Positions 5,758 to 6,776 of a DNA stretch of 6,776 nucleotides are shown piece by piece. Source of the stretch: Sulfurimonadaceae bacterium (GTDB taxonomy: Bacteria > Campylobacterota > Campylobacteria > Campylobacterales > Sulfurimonadaceae). Under the pieces are notes generated by a model. It was given only the letters and a program-made list of their open reading frames with translations. It made no database searches and was not told the DNA's origin. The stretch covers positions 1 through 6,776 of the forward strand of contig JBFESZ010000093.1 of the NCBI GenBank assembly GCA_041548245.1, given 5' to 3'. The position numbers and the translations under genes are program-made. How positions within the stretch are numbered: the stretch's first letter is position 1; each line of letters starts with the position of its first letter.

Positions 5758-6776
5758 TTAGAAAGTGTAGTTAAGATTAAAAGATGCAGCGTATTGGTTG
5801 TTAGTTACAGTAAGGTCACCTAAACCAGTTGCACCACTATTTACAGTAACATCACTGCTTCTACCATAAGTCAAAGCAAAATCAGCTGCAAAATTTTTCG
5901 TAAACTGGTATCCAGCACCAACTGTATAGTGACGTTCAGTAACAGCAGGGAACATTACATGGTTAAGTGTATTTAATGGTCCACCTAATCCTGACCCATC
6001 CGTAGCGCTAATAGGGTTTTCACCATAGTTAAAACCTGCACGTAATGCAAGGTCGTCCATACGGATCTCAGCACCTAAAGCGTACACATCCTGATTTCTC
6101 CAACCAAAATCTTGATAACCGCGAGCATTTTCCCAACGGATGTTTTTCCAGTCAGCTGTTAATGAAATATCCCCCTCTGTCCAATCAATACCAAGGCCAT
6201 ACTCTGCAGGCTGCTCAAGCTTGTCAGTAATTGCTCCTGCTGGGAATTGGAACGCAGCAGCAGCTGTTGCTATCTGGCCCTTGTACTCCATCTCAATTGA
6301 TGAATGATAAGTCGCACCTAGCGTAATACCGGTGTCCTCAAGCGTATAAGCTGCACCGACTTCAATACCCACACCAAAGCTTGAAGATGACCCATTTCCG
6401 ACTTGGTTATACCCTGCCAATAAATCTCCATCTGGCGCATTAAATGAAAGATCCAGTGAACCGTACATCATAACAGGAGCAATACCGACTGACCAATTGT
6501 TTTGTCCATATGCCATCGGAACAGAAAATTTAAGTAACAATAGATTCGATCGCATTGCATATAGGCCCATTTGTCCATTTGTTGCATAATTAGGGTCTAA
6601 AGGCTTATCTCTCCAGTCTGTTCCCATTCCAGCTGAACCAAACATACTCACGCCAACAGCATAACCGTTCCCTATATTTTCAGTTATAGCAACATAGGGA
6701 ATGACATTATGCTTTGCTTCACTTGTATTGTCTTGTGCTCCGCCTGTACCACTTGCACCGGCTGTTGTCTTTACAT
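5758..6776 (-). CDS. OmpP1/FadL/TodX-family outer-membrane beta-barrel channel, 5' end outside the window
   Basis: The frame stays open upstream of the GTG at 6651 to the window edge (VKTTAGASGTGGAQDNTSEAKHNVIPYVAITENIGNGYAVGV-SMFGSAGMGTDW...), so the ORF-track start is not real. It has amphipathic beta-strands, the family-type motifs 'T-L-G-A-T-Y-x-S', 'L-E-Q-P-A', 'I-x-W', 'W-x-N-Q-x-V-x-x-x-G', 'L-R-A-G-F-N-Y-x-x-N-P-I' and 'H-Y-T-x-G-x-G-Y', and a C-terminal Y-x-F (NYTF) beta-signal. Confidence 0.88.
   Translation of the reverse strand, partial: VKTTAGASGTGGAQDNTSEAKHNVIPYVAITENIGNGYAVGVSMFGSAGMGTDWRDKPLDPNYATNGQMGLYAMRSNLLLLKFSVPMAYGQNNWSVGIAPVMMYGSLDLSFNAPDGDLLAGYNQVGNGSSSSFGVGIEVGAAYTLEDTGITLGATYHSSIEMEYKGQIATAAAAFQFPAGAITDKLEQPAEYGLGIDWTEGDISLTADWKNIRWENARGYQDFGWRNQDVYALGAEIRMDDLALRAGFNYGENPISATDGSGLGGPLNTLNHVMFPAVTERHYTVGAGYQFTKNFAADFALTYGRSSDVTVNSGATGLGDLTVTNNQYAASFNLNYTF

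Noticed and set aside
5629..5823. 64-aa plus-strand ORF with C-x2-C-H-C (CYQCH looks like a heme c motif)
   Set aside because: No SD and no signal peptide, which a c-type cytochrome needs. It overlaps the FadL-like 3' end and its hairpin in antisense, so the motif is probably chance.
6045..6230. 61-aa plus-strand ORF
   Set aside because: Antisense shadow of the FadL-like gene.
6649..6651. GTG start assigned to the FadL-like ORF
   Set aside because: The frame is open to the window edge, and a start here would leave the barrel without a signal peptide or N-terminal hatch.
1..6776. CRISPR array, IS element, tRNA or rRNA
   Set aside because: No repeat-spacer periodicity, transposase-like ORF, terminal repeats or cloverleaf were seen. 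The intergenic gaps are short and are explained by promoters and terminators.

Overview
AT-rich window that most likely comes from a sulfur-oxidising Campylobacterota genome (Sulfurovum/Sulfurimonas-like; inferred from the SoxZ sequence, the F-x-A-C lipobox and the extended -10 promoters). It opens with the 3' end of soxZ (1..216, missed by the ORF track), followed by a standalone MOSC-domain gene. Two convergent arms follow. The + arm encodes a tandem-DUF302-like lipoprotein and a tandem-DUF302-like periplasmic protein. The - arm encodes a partial OmpP1/FadL-family outer-membrane channel, a third tandem-DUF302-like periplasmic protein coupled by an ATGA overlap to a more distant exported protein, and a standalone Aer/CetB-type PAS protein. 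Each of the three paralogues has exactly two mature-chain cysteines (C-x20-23-C, ending in FAPC), and only in its C-terminal domain. The best hypothesis, which is inference only, is an envelope sulfane-sulfur (S0/polysulfide) import and relay module that feeds the Sox pathway. All family assignments rest on motif recognition; no searches were run.
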